From contig OZ219871.1 of assembly GCA_964291495.2 (NCBI GenBank), positions 928,001 through 992,000 of the forward strand: 64,000 nucleotides of DNA, in the 5' to 3' direction. Under the pieces are notes generated by a model. It was given only the letters and a program-made list of their open reading frames with translations. It had not been told where the DNA came from and did not search any database. This DNA comes from Dehalococcoidia bacterium (GTDB lineage Bacteria; Chloroflexota; Dehalococcoidia; UBA2979). The translations under genes were made by a program, and so were the position numbers. Shown in pieces: positions 47,539 through 59,996 of this stretch (its first letter is position 1; every line of letters begins with the position of its first letter).

Positions 47539-48456
47539 ATGCCGCACACGCTGCTGCTCGCCGAGCCTCGCGGCTTTTGTGCGGGCGTGGTGCGCGCGAT
47601 CGACGTCCTTGACGCGGTGCTCGACCGCGAGCCGCCGCCGATCTACGCCTTCCACGAGATCGTCCACAACCGCCACGTCGTCGACGGCTTCCGCGCCCGC
47701 GGCGCCGTCTTCGTCGACGATGTCGCCGAGGTGCCCGAGGGCTCGCGCATCGTCTTCAGCGCGCACGGCGTCTCGCCCGCCGTCGTCGACGAGGCAGAGC
47801 GCCGTCGCCTGCGCGTCATCGACACCACCTGCCCGCTCGTGACCAAGGTGCACCTCGAAACGAAGAACGCCGTCAAGCTCGGCTACGAAGTGCTGCTGGT
47901 CGGCCACCGCGGCCACGACGAGACCGTCGGCACCTACGGCGAGGCGCCGGATCGCACCACGATCGTGGAGAACGCCGGCGAGGTCGCCGACATCGAGGTT
48001 GAGCGGCCCGTCTTCGTCGTCACGCAGACGACGCTGTCCGTCAACGACACGGCGGACGTCATCGACGAGATCCGCGGCCGCTACCCGGACGCCGAGGTGC
48101 GCAACGATATCTGCTACGCGACCACCAACCGCCAGTTCGCGGTGCGCAAGGTCGCCGAGCGAGCCGACCTCCTGCTCGTCGTCGGCTCCCGGAACTCAAG
48201 CAACTCCGTGCGCCTGCGCGAGGTTGCCGAGGACGCCGGCGTGACCGCCTATCGCGTGGACGGCCTCGACGAGATCGACCCCGCCTGGTACGAGGGCGTC
48301 GACGTGGTCGGCCTCACCTCGGGCGCCTCGGTGCCCGACGAGCTGCTCGAGCCGATCATCGAGGACCTGAAGGCTCGCGGCGTCACCCGCGTCGAGCCCG
48401 TCGTCGTCGCCGAGGAGAACGTCGAGTTCCGCCTGCCGCAGGGTCTGGAAGCGTAG
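47539..48456 (+). CDS. ispH: 4-hydroxy-3-methylbut-2-enyl diphosphate reductase, copy 1
   Basis: PRGFCAGV, EIVHN, FSAHG, TCPLV.KVH, QTT, ICYAT.NRQ, SSNS. Confidence 0.95.
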   Translation: MPHTLLLAEPRGFCAGVVRAIDVLDAVLDREPPPIYAFHEIVHNRHVVDGFRARGAVFVDDVAEVPEGSRIVFSAHGVSPAVVDEAERRRLRVIDTTCPLVTKVHLETKNAVKLGYEVLLVGHRGHDETVGTYGEAPDRTTIVENAGEVADIEVERPVFVVTQTTLSVNDTADVIDEIRGRYPDAEVRNDICYATTNRQFAVRKVAERADLLLVVGSRNSSNSVRLREVAEDAGVTAYRVDGLDEIDPAWYEGVDVVGLTSGASVPDELLEPIIEDLKARGVTRVEPVVVAEENVEFRLPQGLEA

Positions 48457-48471
48457 CGGCGCGCAATAGCC

Positions 48472-48684
48472 TCACGCCGGGATGAGTTCATCTCTCACGA
48501 GGTGGAGCCGGATCGTACGGGGGCGTTCGGGATCGCCCTCGTCGAAGTGGGTGCGGACGGCGTCACGGGTCATCTCACGAAGCTTCTCGAAGGTGTCCGC
48601 CTCGGTGAAGATCGAGTGTCCGAGCGCCTGGGCGGTGTAGCCGCCTTCCGCCGCTTCCTCGACCGCGAAGATGATCTCGCTCAT
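48472..48684 (-). CDS. HicB-like small antitoxin
   Basis: EIIFAVEEAAEGGYTA.A...SIFTEADT...LR...RDAV..HFDE; SD GGGGA. Confidence 0.75.
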   Translation of the reverse strand: MSEIIFAVEEAAEGGYTAQALGHSIFTEADTFEKLREMTRDAVRTHFDEGDPERPRTIRLHLVRDELIPA

Positions 48685-48833
48685 GTCGTTCCCCTATCCC
48701 CGAGAGCATATGGCCTTACTGCGCCCATCGGGCCTGTCGCCCCCGCGCAGCCACGGTCGGCTGTGGGGCCCGTGCTACGATTGACAGCGCGACCGGGTTT
48801 CATCCGCTACCGGTCCCGGGGAGGGCCCGCCGC

Positions 48834-49754
48834 ATGCCGCACACCCTCCTGCTCGCCGAGCCGCGCGGCTTCTGCGCCGGCGTCGTGCGCGCGATTGACG
48901 TCCTCGACTCCGTGCTCGACCACGAGCCGCCGCCCGTCTACGCCTTCCACGAGATCGTGCACAACCGGCACGTCGTCGACGGCTTCCGCGCCCGTGGCGC
49001 CATCTTCGTCGACGACGTCACCGAGGTGCCCGAGGGCTCGCGCATCGTCTTCAGCGCACACGGCGTCTCGCCCGCCGTGGTCGACGAGGCGAAGCGCCGG
49101 CGCCTGCGCATCATCGACGCCACCTGTCCCCTGGTGACCCGTGTGCACCTCGAGACGCGCAAGGCCGTCAACGACGGCTACGACATCCTCCTCGTCGGCC
49201 ATCGCGGCCACGACGAGACCGCCGGCACGCTCGGCCAGGCGCCCGATCGCATGCGGATCGTCGAGGACGCCGACGAGGTCGCCAGGATCGATCCCATCGA
49301 GCGCCCGGTGTTCGTCGTCACGCAGACCACGCTGTCAATGGACGACACGGCGAGCGCCATCGACGGGATCCGGGAGATCTACCCCGACGCCGAGGTGCGC
49401 AACGACATCTGCTACGCCACTACCAATCGCCAGCTCGCCGTGCGCGCGATCGCCGAGCGGGCCGACCTCCTGCTCGTCGTCGGCTCGGCGAACTCGAGCA
49501 ACTCCGTGCGGCTGCGCGAGGTTGCCGAGGCGGCCGGCGTGAGGGCCTACCGCGTCGACGGGATCGACGAAATCGACCCCGCCTGGTACGAGAGCGCCGA
49601 CATCGTGGGCCTCACCGCCGGTGCCTCCGTGCCCGACGAGCTCCTCGATCCGATCATCGAGGATCTGAAGGCCCGCGGCGTCACGACCATCGAGCCGATC
49701 GTCGTCGCCGAGGAGACCGTGGAGTTCCGGCTGCCGGACGAGCTGGAGGTCTAG
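48834..49754 (+). CDS. ispH: 4-hydroxy-3-methylbut-2-enyl diphosphate reductase, copy 2
   Basis: Same three Fe-S Cys and QTT/SSNS motifs; closely similar to copy 1. Confidence 0.95.
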   Translation: MPHTLLLAEPRGFCAGVVRAIDVLDSVLDHEPPPVYAFHEIVHNRHVVDGFRARGAIFVDDVTEVPEGSRIVFSAHGVSPAVVDEAKRRRLRIIDATCPLVTRVHLETRKAVNDGYDILLVGHRGHDETAGTLGQAPDRMRIVEDADEVARIDPIERPVFVVTQTTLSMDDTASAIDGIREIYPDAEVRNDICYATTNRQLAVRAIAERADLLLVVGSANSSNSVRLREVAEAAGVRAYRVDGIDEIDPAWYESADIVGLTAGASVPDELLDPIIEDLKARGVTTIEPIVVAEETVEFRLPDELEV

Positions 49755-49758
49755 CGAC

Positions 49759-49983
49759 GTGAACTGGGAGACTTGCTCTGCAGTCGAGCGCCACGCTGAC
49801 ACAATGAGCGGAGCATGGGTGTTCCGCGGTACCCGCGTGCCCGTCTCGACGCTCTTCCAGAACCTCAAGGATGGCGCCTCGACGGAGGAGTTCCTGGCGT
49901 GGTTCCCCGGCGTCGAGCGAAGCCACGTGGAGGCTGTCCTCGATAACGAAGTCAAGGGTTTGGCAGCCCCGATTCGTTCGTGA
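49759..49983 (+). CDS. DUF433 family antitoxin
   Basis: SGAWVFRGTRVPV..LF.NL.DGA..EEF..WFPGV. Confidence 0.85.
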   Translation: MNWETCSAVERHADTMSGAWVFRGTRVPVSTLFQNLKDGASTEEFLAWFPGVERSHVEAVLDNEVKGLAAPIRS

Positions 49984-50030
49984 GGATCCTGTTCGACCGG
50001 GATGTACCCGCACCAGGGCAGTCACGATGA
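49980..50030 (+). pseudogene. Remnant N-terminus of a DUF5615/PIN-like toxin
   Basis: GTGA-coupled MRILFDRDVPAP, then a stop after 16 aa. Confidence 0.55.
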
Positions 50031-51088
50031 GATCACGAGCTGCGATCCTCACCGGCGCCGACGCGCCGATCCTCGTCGAGGAGGTGGAACTCGGGGAGCC
50101 GGCGGCGGGCGACGTGCTCGTGAGGATGGCGGCGACCGGCGTCTGCCACTCCGACCTGCACTACCTGCGCGGCTACCGCGAGATCGCCAGGCCCACGCTG
50201 ATGGGGCACGAAGGGTCCGGCGAGGTGATCGCCGTCGGCGAGGGCGTTACGCACCTCGCCCCCGGCGATCGCATCATCACCTCGGTCGTACGGCGCGACG
50301 GCAATCCGGCCGACGCGGCCAACGCCTCCTCGGCCAGCTCGGTGACGTGGCGCGGCGAGGAGCTCGACGGGCACCAGAGCGCGATCTACACGTGGGCGGA
50401 GCACACGCTGCTCAACGCCGATCACGTGGTGAAGGTGCCGGAGGAGACGCCCCTCGACGTGGCCGCGCCGCTCGGCTGCGGCGTCCTCACCGGGGCTGGG
50501 ACGGTGCTCAACGCGCTGGACGCGCAGCCCGGACGCTCGAGCGCCGTCTGGGGCGTCGGCGGCGTCGGTCTCTCGGCGATCACCGCACTGAGCGTGCGTG
50601 GCTGCGACCCGATCATCGCCGTCGACCTCTCGGACGAGAAGCTCGAGTTCGCGCGCCGCTTCGGCGCGACCGAGGTCGTCAACGCCACCGCGGGCGACCC
50701 CGTCGAGCAGGTCCGTGAGCTGAGCGGCGGCGGTGTGGACTACGCGATCGACGCGATCGGCGCGCGCGGGACCACGCAGCAGATCGTCGAGGCGACGAAG
50801 GGCCACCGCGGCGCCGAGCGTGGCGGCACAGCCGCGATGATCGCCACCGGCAACATGGTGCGCGTCCCGGCGGGCCAGATGGTGATGAGCCAGAAGACGC
50901 TCATCGGCGTGCTGCTCGGCTCGGCCGTCCCGGAGCGCGACGTGCCCGAGCTGCTGCGCTGGCACCGCGAGGGGATGTTCGACCTCGACGCGCTCGTGAC
51001 CGAGCGCTACGCGCTCGACGAGATCAACGAGGCGACAAGCCGGCTCGACAGCGGCAAGGTCTTCGGCCGCAGCATCGTCGTCTTCTAG
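50027..51088 (+). CDS. Zn-binding dehydrogenase (MDR) lacking the structural-Zn loop
   Basis: GVCHSD, GHEGSG, LGCG, GVGGVG; no CxxCxxC. Confidence 0.88.
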   Translation: MRSRAAILTGADAPILVEEVELGEPAAGDVLVRMAATGVCHSDLHYLRGYREIARPTLMGHEGSGEVIAVGEGVTHLAPGDRIITSVVRRDGNPADAANASSASSVTWRGEELDGHQSAIYTWAEHTLLNADHVVKVPEETPLDVAAPLGCGVLTGAGTVLNALDAQPGRSSAVWGVGGVGLSAITALSVRGCDPIIAVDLSDEKLEFARRFGATEVVNATAGDPVEQVRELSGGGVDYAIDAIGARGTTQQIVEATKGHRGAERGGTAAMIATGNMVRVPAGQMVMSQKTLIGVLLGSAVPERDVPELLRWHREGMFDLDALVTERYALDEINEATSRLDSGKVFGRSIVVF

Positions 51089-51486
51089 CCGCCGGGCGGT
51101 GGCGCGACGCGCACCGAGGCGCGGCTCATCTCGATGCCGTTGAGCACGAGGTGGAACGAGTGATCGCCGTAGGCGGGGAAGTTCACGCCGACGAGGTTCA
51201 CCAGCACCCGCGCCGTGCCGCTCGTGCCGCCGCTGACCGGCGGCAGCGGCATCTCGCCCTCGATGCGGTCGATGATCTGCTGGCCGTCCGCGTCGTAGCC
51301 GCCGACCTCGAGGCGGTGCGTGCCTGCCTCGGCGACCGAGTAGCGGATCTGCGCGACCATCGTGAGCAGCGGGTGCCGCGTCGGCACCTCGGCGGCGTGG
51401 ATCGTGTCGACGCCGATGCCGAGCGCGTGCAGCTTGCCGCCGGACTCCTCGGCGAAGTCGCTGAGGAAGGCGAACTCCAGGTCCAT
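51085..51486 (-). CDS. Hypothetical beta-rich protein (DUF6941-like)
   Basis: FAFLSDFA...GKLHALG.G.D.I, FP.YG.H...L..NG; directly follows lpdA. Confidence 0.65.
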   Translation of the reverse strand: MDLEFAFLSDFAEESGGKLHALGIGVDTIHAAEVPTRHPLLTMVAQIRYSVAEAGTHRLEVGGYDADGQQIIDRIEGEMPLPPVSGGTSGTARVLVNLVGVNFPAYGDHSFHLVLNGIEMSRASVRVAPPPGG

Positions 51487-51491
51487 CGTCG

Positions 51492-52928
51492 TCAGCCTCT
51501 CCCGTGGCCGCGCCGCCGCCCGATGTAGTCCGGGCTGCGGCCGTAGAAGGCGGCGGCGGCGTTCATCAGCGTCTCGCCCAGCGTCGGGTGCGGGTGGATC
51601 GTCAACTCGAGGTCCTGCACGACCGCCCCCATCTCGATCGCCAGCGCCGCCTCCGAGATCAGGTCGCCCGCCCCGACGCCGACGATGCCCACGCCGAGCA
51701 CGCGGTCGGTGTGCGGCTCGACCACCAGCTTCGTCGCGCCGTCCGTGCGGCCGAGCGTCGTCGCGCGACCGGAGGCGGCCCACGGCAGCGTCGAGGTCTG
51801 GACCTCGATGCGCTGGTCCGCGGCCTCCGTCTCCGTCAGCCCGACCCAGGCGATCTCCGGGTCCGTGTAGACCACCGCGGGAATGACGCGCGCGTCCCAG
51901 ACCAGCGGCTTCCCCGCGATCGCCTCGACGGCGACCGAGGCCTCGTGCGTGGCCTTGTGCGCCAGCATCGGCTCCCCGGCCACGTCGCCGATCGCGAAGA
52001 TCGCCGGGTCCGCGCTGCGGCGCTGCGCGTCGACCTCGACGAACCCGCGCGCGTCCAGCTGCGCTGCCGTCTGCTCCAGGCCGAGGCCGGCGCTGTTCGG
52101 GCGGCGCCCCACGGCGACGAGCACTTGCTCGAACAGCTCCTCCGAGGGCTCGCCGTCCGTCCCGCCGAGGCGCGCGAGCACGCCGCCCTCGGCCTCCTCC
52201 ATCGACAGCACCGTGGTCTCCAGGCGGATCGCCTCGAAGTTCCGGCGCAGGCGGCGCTGCAGCGTGCGCACGAGGTCGCGATCGACGCCCGGCAGCAAAC
52301 CGTTCGTCATCTCGACGACCGTGACGCGGGAGCCGAGCGCGGCGTAGACGCTGCCCAGCTCCAGCCCGATGTAGCCGCCTCCAATGACGAGCAGCGTCTC
52401 CGGCACGCGCTCCAGCTCAAGCGCCGAGGTGGAGTCCATCACCAGCGGCGAGTCGAGCGCGAGGCTCGGGATCGTCGCCGGAACCGAGCCGGTCGCGACG
52501 ATCGCGTACTCGAAGCCGATCGTGCGCGGCTCGCCCTCGGCCGAGGTGACCTCGACGGAGCGCGGGCCGTTGAAGCGGGCGCGCCCGCTCACGAACTCGA
52601 CGCCGTGCTGCGTCGTCAGCTGGCCGAGCCCGCCGGTCAGGCGGTTGACTACGCCCTGCTTCCACTGGCGCAGCTTGTCGAGGTCGATCGAGGGGTCGCC
52701 GTAGCTGACGCCCCACTCGGCGGCGTGCTTCGCCTCCTCGAGCTGCGCGGCGACGTGCAGCAGCGCCTTGGAGGGGATGCAGCCGCGGTAGAGACAGACG
52801 CCGCCTGGGTTCGGCGCGTCGTCGATCAGGGTGACCTTCATCCCCATGTCGGCAGCGAGGAAGGCCGCCGGATAGCCACCCGGCCCGCCGCCGATCACTA
52901 TCAGGTCGCTGGCGCCGTCGGTCACCAT
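51492..52928 (-). CDS. lpdA: Dihydrolipoyl dehydrogenase (E3)
   Basis: GGGPGGY, GGVCLYRGCIPSK, MLAHKA, HPHPTLGE. Confidence 0.96.
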   Translation of the reverse strand: MVTDGASDLIVIGGGPGGYPAAFLAADMGMKVTLIDDAPNPGGVCLYRGCIPSKALLHVAAQLEEAKHAAEWGVSYGDPSIDLDKLRQWKQGVVNRLTGGLGQLTTQHGVEFVSGRARFNGPRSVEVTSAEGEPRTIGFEYAIVATGSVPATIPSLALDSPLVMDSTSALELERVPETLLVIGGGYIGLELGSVYAALGSRVTVVEMTNGLLPGVDRDLVRTLQRRLRRNFEAIRLETTVLSMEEAEGGVLARLGGTDGEPSEELFEQVLVAVGRRPNSAGLGLEQTAAQLDARGFVEVDAQRRSADPAIFAIGDVAGEPMLAHKATHEASVAVEAIAGKPLVWDARVIPAVVYTDPEIAWVGLTETEAADQRIEVQTSTLPWAASGRATTLGRTDGATKLVVEPHTDRVLGVGIVGVGAGDLISEAALAIEMGAVVQDLELTIHPHPTLGETLMNAAAAFYGRSPDYIGRRRGHGRG

Positions 52929-54289
52929 CAGTCCTCCGATCCCGACTCGGACTCCGGGAACTCCTCGAGCATGTAGGGCCGCGGCTGCTCCAGCGTCTCG
53001 CAGATCCAGGCGAGGGCGCGTGCGCCGTCGGCGCCGTCGATTAGCCTGTGGTCGAAGTTGATCGCCAGCGGCATGCGCAGCCGCGGCTCGAACTCGCTGC
53101 CCGTCCAGACCGGCTCCTGCTCGGCCCGGCCCACGGCGAGGATGCCGACCTGCGGCGGCAGCAGCACGGCGTTGAAGAAGCCAATTCCCATGCCTCCGAG
53201 ATTCGAGATGGTGAAGGTGCCGCCGCGCAGGTCCTCGAGCGTGCTCTTGCGATCGCGGGCCCGGCCGACCAGCTCGCCGATCTCGATCGCGAGCTCGGTG
53301 ATGGTCTTCTCGTCGGCGTTGCGCACGACGGGGACGATCAGGCCGTGGTCGGTGTCCGTGGCGACGCCGACGTGCACGTAGTGGCGGTAGACGATCTCCT
53401 CGCTCGCCACATCGATCGAGGCGTTGAGCCGCGGGAACTCGCGGAGCGCCCCCGCGACGACCTTCATCAGGATCGGCATCATCGTCAGCTGGCCGCCGGA
53501 CGCGGCGACGCGCTCGCGGTTGACGCGGCGGATCGCCTCCAATTCGGTGACGTCGGCCTTGCGCTGCAGCATCACGTGCGGGCTTTGCGCCCAGGACTGG
53601 CTGAGCGTGCGCGCGGTGGTGCGGCGCACGCCCGTCATCCGCTCGCGCTCCACCTCGCCGAACTGCGAGAGGTCCGGCAGCGCGGAGGGCGCGGGCGCGG
53701 CGCCCCGGCGAGGCGCCTCGGGCGCGTCGGCTGGCGCTGCGCCGCTGCGCATCAGGCGCGCGTGCGCCTTCACATCGTCGATCGAGACGCGCCCGCCGGG
53801 GCCGCTGCCCGCGACCTCGCCGAGCGCCACGCCGATCTCCCTCGCGAACATCCGCACCGAGGGCGAGGCGGGCACCAGGCCGCCATCGGAAGGCAGCACG
53901 GGCGTGGCCGCGCCCGGCGGCCTCGCGGGTGCGGCAGGCGCCGGTGCCGGAGCAGGGGCGGGCGGCGGCGGGGCAGCCGGCTCGACGGCAGGCGGCGCGC
54001 TCGCGGCGGGCGGCGCCACGGATACGGCCGGGGAGGACGGCTTCACGCCCTCCTCGGCCTCGATCGCGACGATCGCCTGGCCCGGCCGGATCGTGTCGCC
54101 GACGCTGACGTGGACGGCGGTGATAGCGCCCGCGTATGGCGCGGGCACGTCGAGGTTCGCCTTCTCCGTCTCCACCTCGATCACGGCCTGGTCGCGCTCG
54201 ACGCGGTCGCCCGCGTGGACGTGCACCGCGATCACCTCGGCCTCTTCGATGTCCTCGCCGAGGTCGGGGAGCAGGTAGTCCGTTGCCAT
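52928..54289 (-). CDS. aceF: Dihydrolipoamide acetyltransferase (E2), single lipoyl domain
   Basis: VETEKA lipoyl Lys, ASPSVR E3-binding domain, TFTISNLG, FDHRLIDG. Confidence 0.92.
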   Translation of the reverse strand: MATDYLLPDLGEDIEEAEVIAVHVHAGDRVERDQAVIEVETEKANLDVPAPYAGAITAVHVSVGDTIRPGQAIVAIEAEEGVKPSSPAVSVAPPAASAPPAVEPAAPPPPAPAPAPAPAAPARPPGAATPVLPSDGGLVPASPSVRMFAREIGVALGEVAGSGPGGRVSIDDVKAHARLMRSGAAPADAPEAPRRGAAPAPSALPDLSQFGEVERERMTGVRRTTARTLSQSWAQSPHVMLQRKADVTELEAIRRVNRERVAASGGQLTMMPILMKVVAGALREFPRLNASIDVASEEIVYRHYVHVGVATDTDHGLIVPVVRNADEKTITELAIEIGELVGRARDRKSTLEDLRGGTFTISNLGGMGIGFFNAVLLPPQVGILAVGRAEQEPVWTGSEFEPRLRMPLAINFDHRLIDGADGARALAWICETLEQPRPYMLEEFPESESGSED

Positions 54290-54335
54290 GCGTCCTCCTG
54301 CAAGCCCCTCTGCAAGCCCAGCTGGGCGCACTCGC

Positions 54336-57070
<2,735 letters not shown>

Positions 57071-57074
<4 letters not shown>

Positions 57075-57991
57075 GACGTGCCTCCCGTTCCCGCCGGCGC
57101 AGCCTTGGAGGCCTGCTCGGCGGCGTGGTAGGAGCTGCGCACCAGCGGTCCGCACTCGGCGTGGCGGAAACCGATGGCGTGTGCGTAGTCGGCGATCTCG
57201 GCGAACTCGTCCGGGTGCCAGAAGCGCTCGATCGGCAGGTGCTTCAGCGAGGGCCGCAGATACTGCCCCACGGTCAGCAGATCGCAGCCGTGCTCGCGCA
57301 GGTCGTCGAGGACCTCGCGTACCTCGTCCAGCGTCTCGCCGAGGCCGACCATGATGCCGGACTTGGTCGTCATCGCCGGGTCGATCTCCTTGACGCGGCG
57401 GATCAGCTCGAGCGAGCGCCGGTAGCGCGCCTTCGGCCGCACCCGCCGGTAGAGCCGCGGCACTGTCTCCGTGTTGTGGTTGAGCACCACCGGCTGCGCC
57501 TCGATCACGGTCGCGAGGGCGTCCCGGTTGCCCTCGAAGTCCGGGATCAGCACCTCCACCTGCGTCTGCGGCAGGCGGCGGCGAATCGCGCGGATGCAGG
57601 CGGCGAAGATCTCCGCGCCGCCGTCCGGCAGGTCGTCGCGGTTGACCGAGGTGATGACGACGTAGTCGAGGCCCAGCCGCTCGACGGCCTGCGCGAGCCG
57701 GAACGGCTCCAGCAGGTCGAGGCCCTCGGGGCGGCCGGAGGTCACGTCGCAGAAGCCGCAGGCCCGCGTGCAGATGTCGCCGAGGATCATGAAGGTGGCG
57801 GTGCCGGCGTTGAAGCACTCGCCGATGTTGGGGCAGCGCGCCTCCTCGCAGACGGTGTGCAGCTCGTTCTCGCGCAGCAGCGACTTGATTTCGGAGAAGC
57901 GCTCGCCCGCGGGGAAGCGCGCCTTCAACCAGCGCGGCTTGCGCGGGAAGGGCCGCTCCATGAGGGGGGCTGCCGCGCCTCGCGCGCTCAC
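57071..57991 (-). CDS. lipA: Lipoyl synthase
   Basis: CEEARCPNIGEC, CTRACGFC, VRSSYHA. Confidence 0.96.
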
Positions 57992-58752
57992 GACGCTGCT
58001 CCAGCCAGCGCCGCCGGCGCCGGCGCGTCCGCGTCCCACGACGTGGCGACCAGCCGGCAGCCGAACTCGCGCGCGAAGGCCTCGGCAATCGCGTCCTCCA
58101 CCTCGCGCATCGGCGGCGCCTCGTCGAGCAGCCGCTCCAGCGAGGTGGCCTCGATGTCCGGGATGCCGCAGGGCACGATCCGCGCGAACCACTCGAGGTC
58201 GGTCGAGACGTTGAGGGCGAGGCCGTGGCGGCTGATGCCGCGGCTGACGCGCACGCCGACGGCCCCGAGCTTCGCGCCCTCCACCCACACGCCGGGGCGA
58301 CCTCGCACGCGCTCGGCCTGTACGCCGAAGCGCGCGACGGCCTCGATCATCACGGCCTCGAGCATCCGCACATAGCGCGCGGCGCCGACGCCGCGGCCGC
58401 GCAGGTCGAGGATCGGATAGGCGACAAGCTGGCCGGGGCCGTGGAAGGTCACGTCGCCGCCGCGGTCGGTGTGCACCACCTGCGCCCCGAAGGCGGCCAG
58501 CGCCTGCGGGGTGACGAGCAGGTTGGAGTCATTGCCGCGCGCGCCGAGCGTGTAGACCGGGGCGTGCTGCAGCAGCACCAGCGCCTCGCCCTCACTGCCC
58601 GTGTAGAGGGCGGCGGCGCGCTCGTGCTGCCACTCCAGCGCTGCCGCGTAGTCGACGAGGCCGGGACGCCAGAGGCCCACGACGCCCTCGTGGCGCTCGT
58701 CGCGCTTCGTTCGGGCGTCTGCCTGGAGGGTCATGGGCTCCCCCGCGCTCAT
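57988..58752 (-). CDS. lipB: Lipoyl(octanoyl) transferase
   Basis: LQHAPVYTLG, DRGGDVTFHGPGQLVAYPI, HGLALNV, IVPCGI. Confidence 0.95.
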   Translation of the reverse strand: MSAGEPMTLQADARTKRDERHEGVVGLWRPGLVDYAAALEWQHERAAALYTGSEGEALVLLQHAPVYTLGARGNDSNLLVTPQALAAFGAQVVHTDRGGDVTFHGPGQLVAYPILDLRGRGVGAARYVRMLEAVMIEAVARFGVQAERVRGRPGVWVEGAKLGAVGVRVSRGISRHGLALNVSTDLEWFARIVPCGIPDIEATSLERLLDEAPPMREVEDAIAEAFAREFGCRLVATSWDADAPAPAALAGAAS

Positions 58753-58951
58753 TCGCCCGCCCCCGCGGCGGTTCGCCGCGGCGGCTCAGGCCAACGTATC
58801 CAGTATATGAAGCGACTGCTGCCGGTGCGCGGCCACGCGGACCACATGGTGCATGGGGGATACACCCGCGGCGTCGGGCCGTCGCGCTGTCCGCTATGCT
58901 CCGGGCGAGTCGGGGTCCGGACGGGCGCCCGGAGCGTGAGGCGAGGAAGCG

Positions 58952-59935
58952 ATGCAGATCAGCCCCTCCGTGCGCGCCGCGATGGTGCCGGACGAGAACG
59001 TGATGCACCCGGACTTCACCTCGATCTACCTCGTCGGTCCGCCGGGCGGCCAGTCGCTGACGATCGACTCCGGCGAGGCGATCGAGCGCTACCAGTGGTT
59101 CCTGCGGGGCTACCTGGCGGCGACCGAGCACGCCGAGATCGGCGTCGCCACGATCACCCACCACCACGCGGACCACTCCGGCAACCTCAAATGGGCGAAG
59201 GAGTTCCTGGAGGCCGAGATCTCGATCCCGCAGGGAGGGCGGCGCCTGCTCAAGGGCCGCATCCCCCGCCAGGTCAATCAGCTGGCCGACGGCGATGTGC
59301 TGGACATGGGCGGCGGCGTCCGCCTGCAGGTGCTCGCGACGCCCGGCCACAGCATCGATTCGCTGTGCTACTACCTCGAGGACGAGGGCGTGCTGTTCAC
59401 CGGCGACACGCTGCTTGGCTCCTCTACGACGACGGTCGGCGACCTCGGGGCGTACCGGCGCAGCCTCGAGCGGCTGCTCGAGCTACCGAACCTGCAGGTG
59501 ATCTGCCCCGGCCACGGCAAGATCGTGAACGACCCGCGCGAGCGCCTCCAGATGTACGTCGACCACCGCAACCTGCGCGAGCAGCAGATCCTCGCGGTGC
59601 TCAAGGGCGGGGAGCAGCTCAGCAGCTGGGAGATCATGCTGCGCGTCTACGGCGACGAGATCGACACTCGCCTCCGCCGCGCCGCCGACGGCAACGTGCG
59701 CAGCCACCTCGATCAGCTCCGCGACGAGGGCCGCATCACCGAGTACGAGGGCAAACCGAAGCGCGCTCGCAGCAAGCGGGCAGTCGAGCGCGAGCACGAA
59801 CACGAGCGCGAGCGAGACCGCGTCCTCCGCGAGGCGAGGCGCATCAGGGCAGCCCGCAGTCGCGAGGAAATCCGCCGCCAGGAGAACCCGCCGAGCGAGC
59901 AGTGGTCCAAGCCGCCGCTCTACGAAGTCGCGTGA
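58952..59935 (+). CDS. MBL-fold metallo-hydrolase with C-terminal winged helix (LACTB2-like)
   Basis: THHHADHSG, TPGHS, FTGD, PGHG; HR..RE.QI; charged C-terminal extension. Confidence 0.88.
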   Translation: MQISPSVRAAMVPDENVMHPDFTSIYLVGPPGGQSLTIDSGEAIERYQWFLRGYLAATEHAEIGVATITHHHADHSGNLKWAKEFLEAEISIPQGGRRLLKGRIPRQVNQLADGDVLDMGGGVRLQVLATPGHSIDSLCYYLEDEGVLFTGDTLLGSSTTTVGDLGAYRRSLERLLELPNLQVICPGHGKIVNDPRERLQMYVDHRNLREQQILAVLKGGEQLSSWEIMLRVYGDEIDTRLRRAADGNVRSHLDQLRDEGRITEYEGKPKRARSKRAVEREHEHERERDRVLREARRIRAARSREEIRRQENPPSEQWSKPPLYEVA

Positions 59936-59996
59936 CTACCCCGCTGCCAGCAACAACCCCGCAGTGAGGTCGCGGCGCTGACCCTTGCAACGCGGA

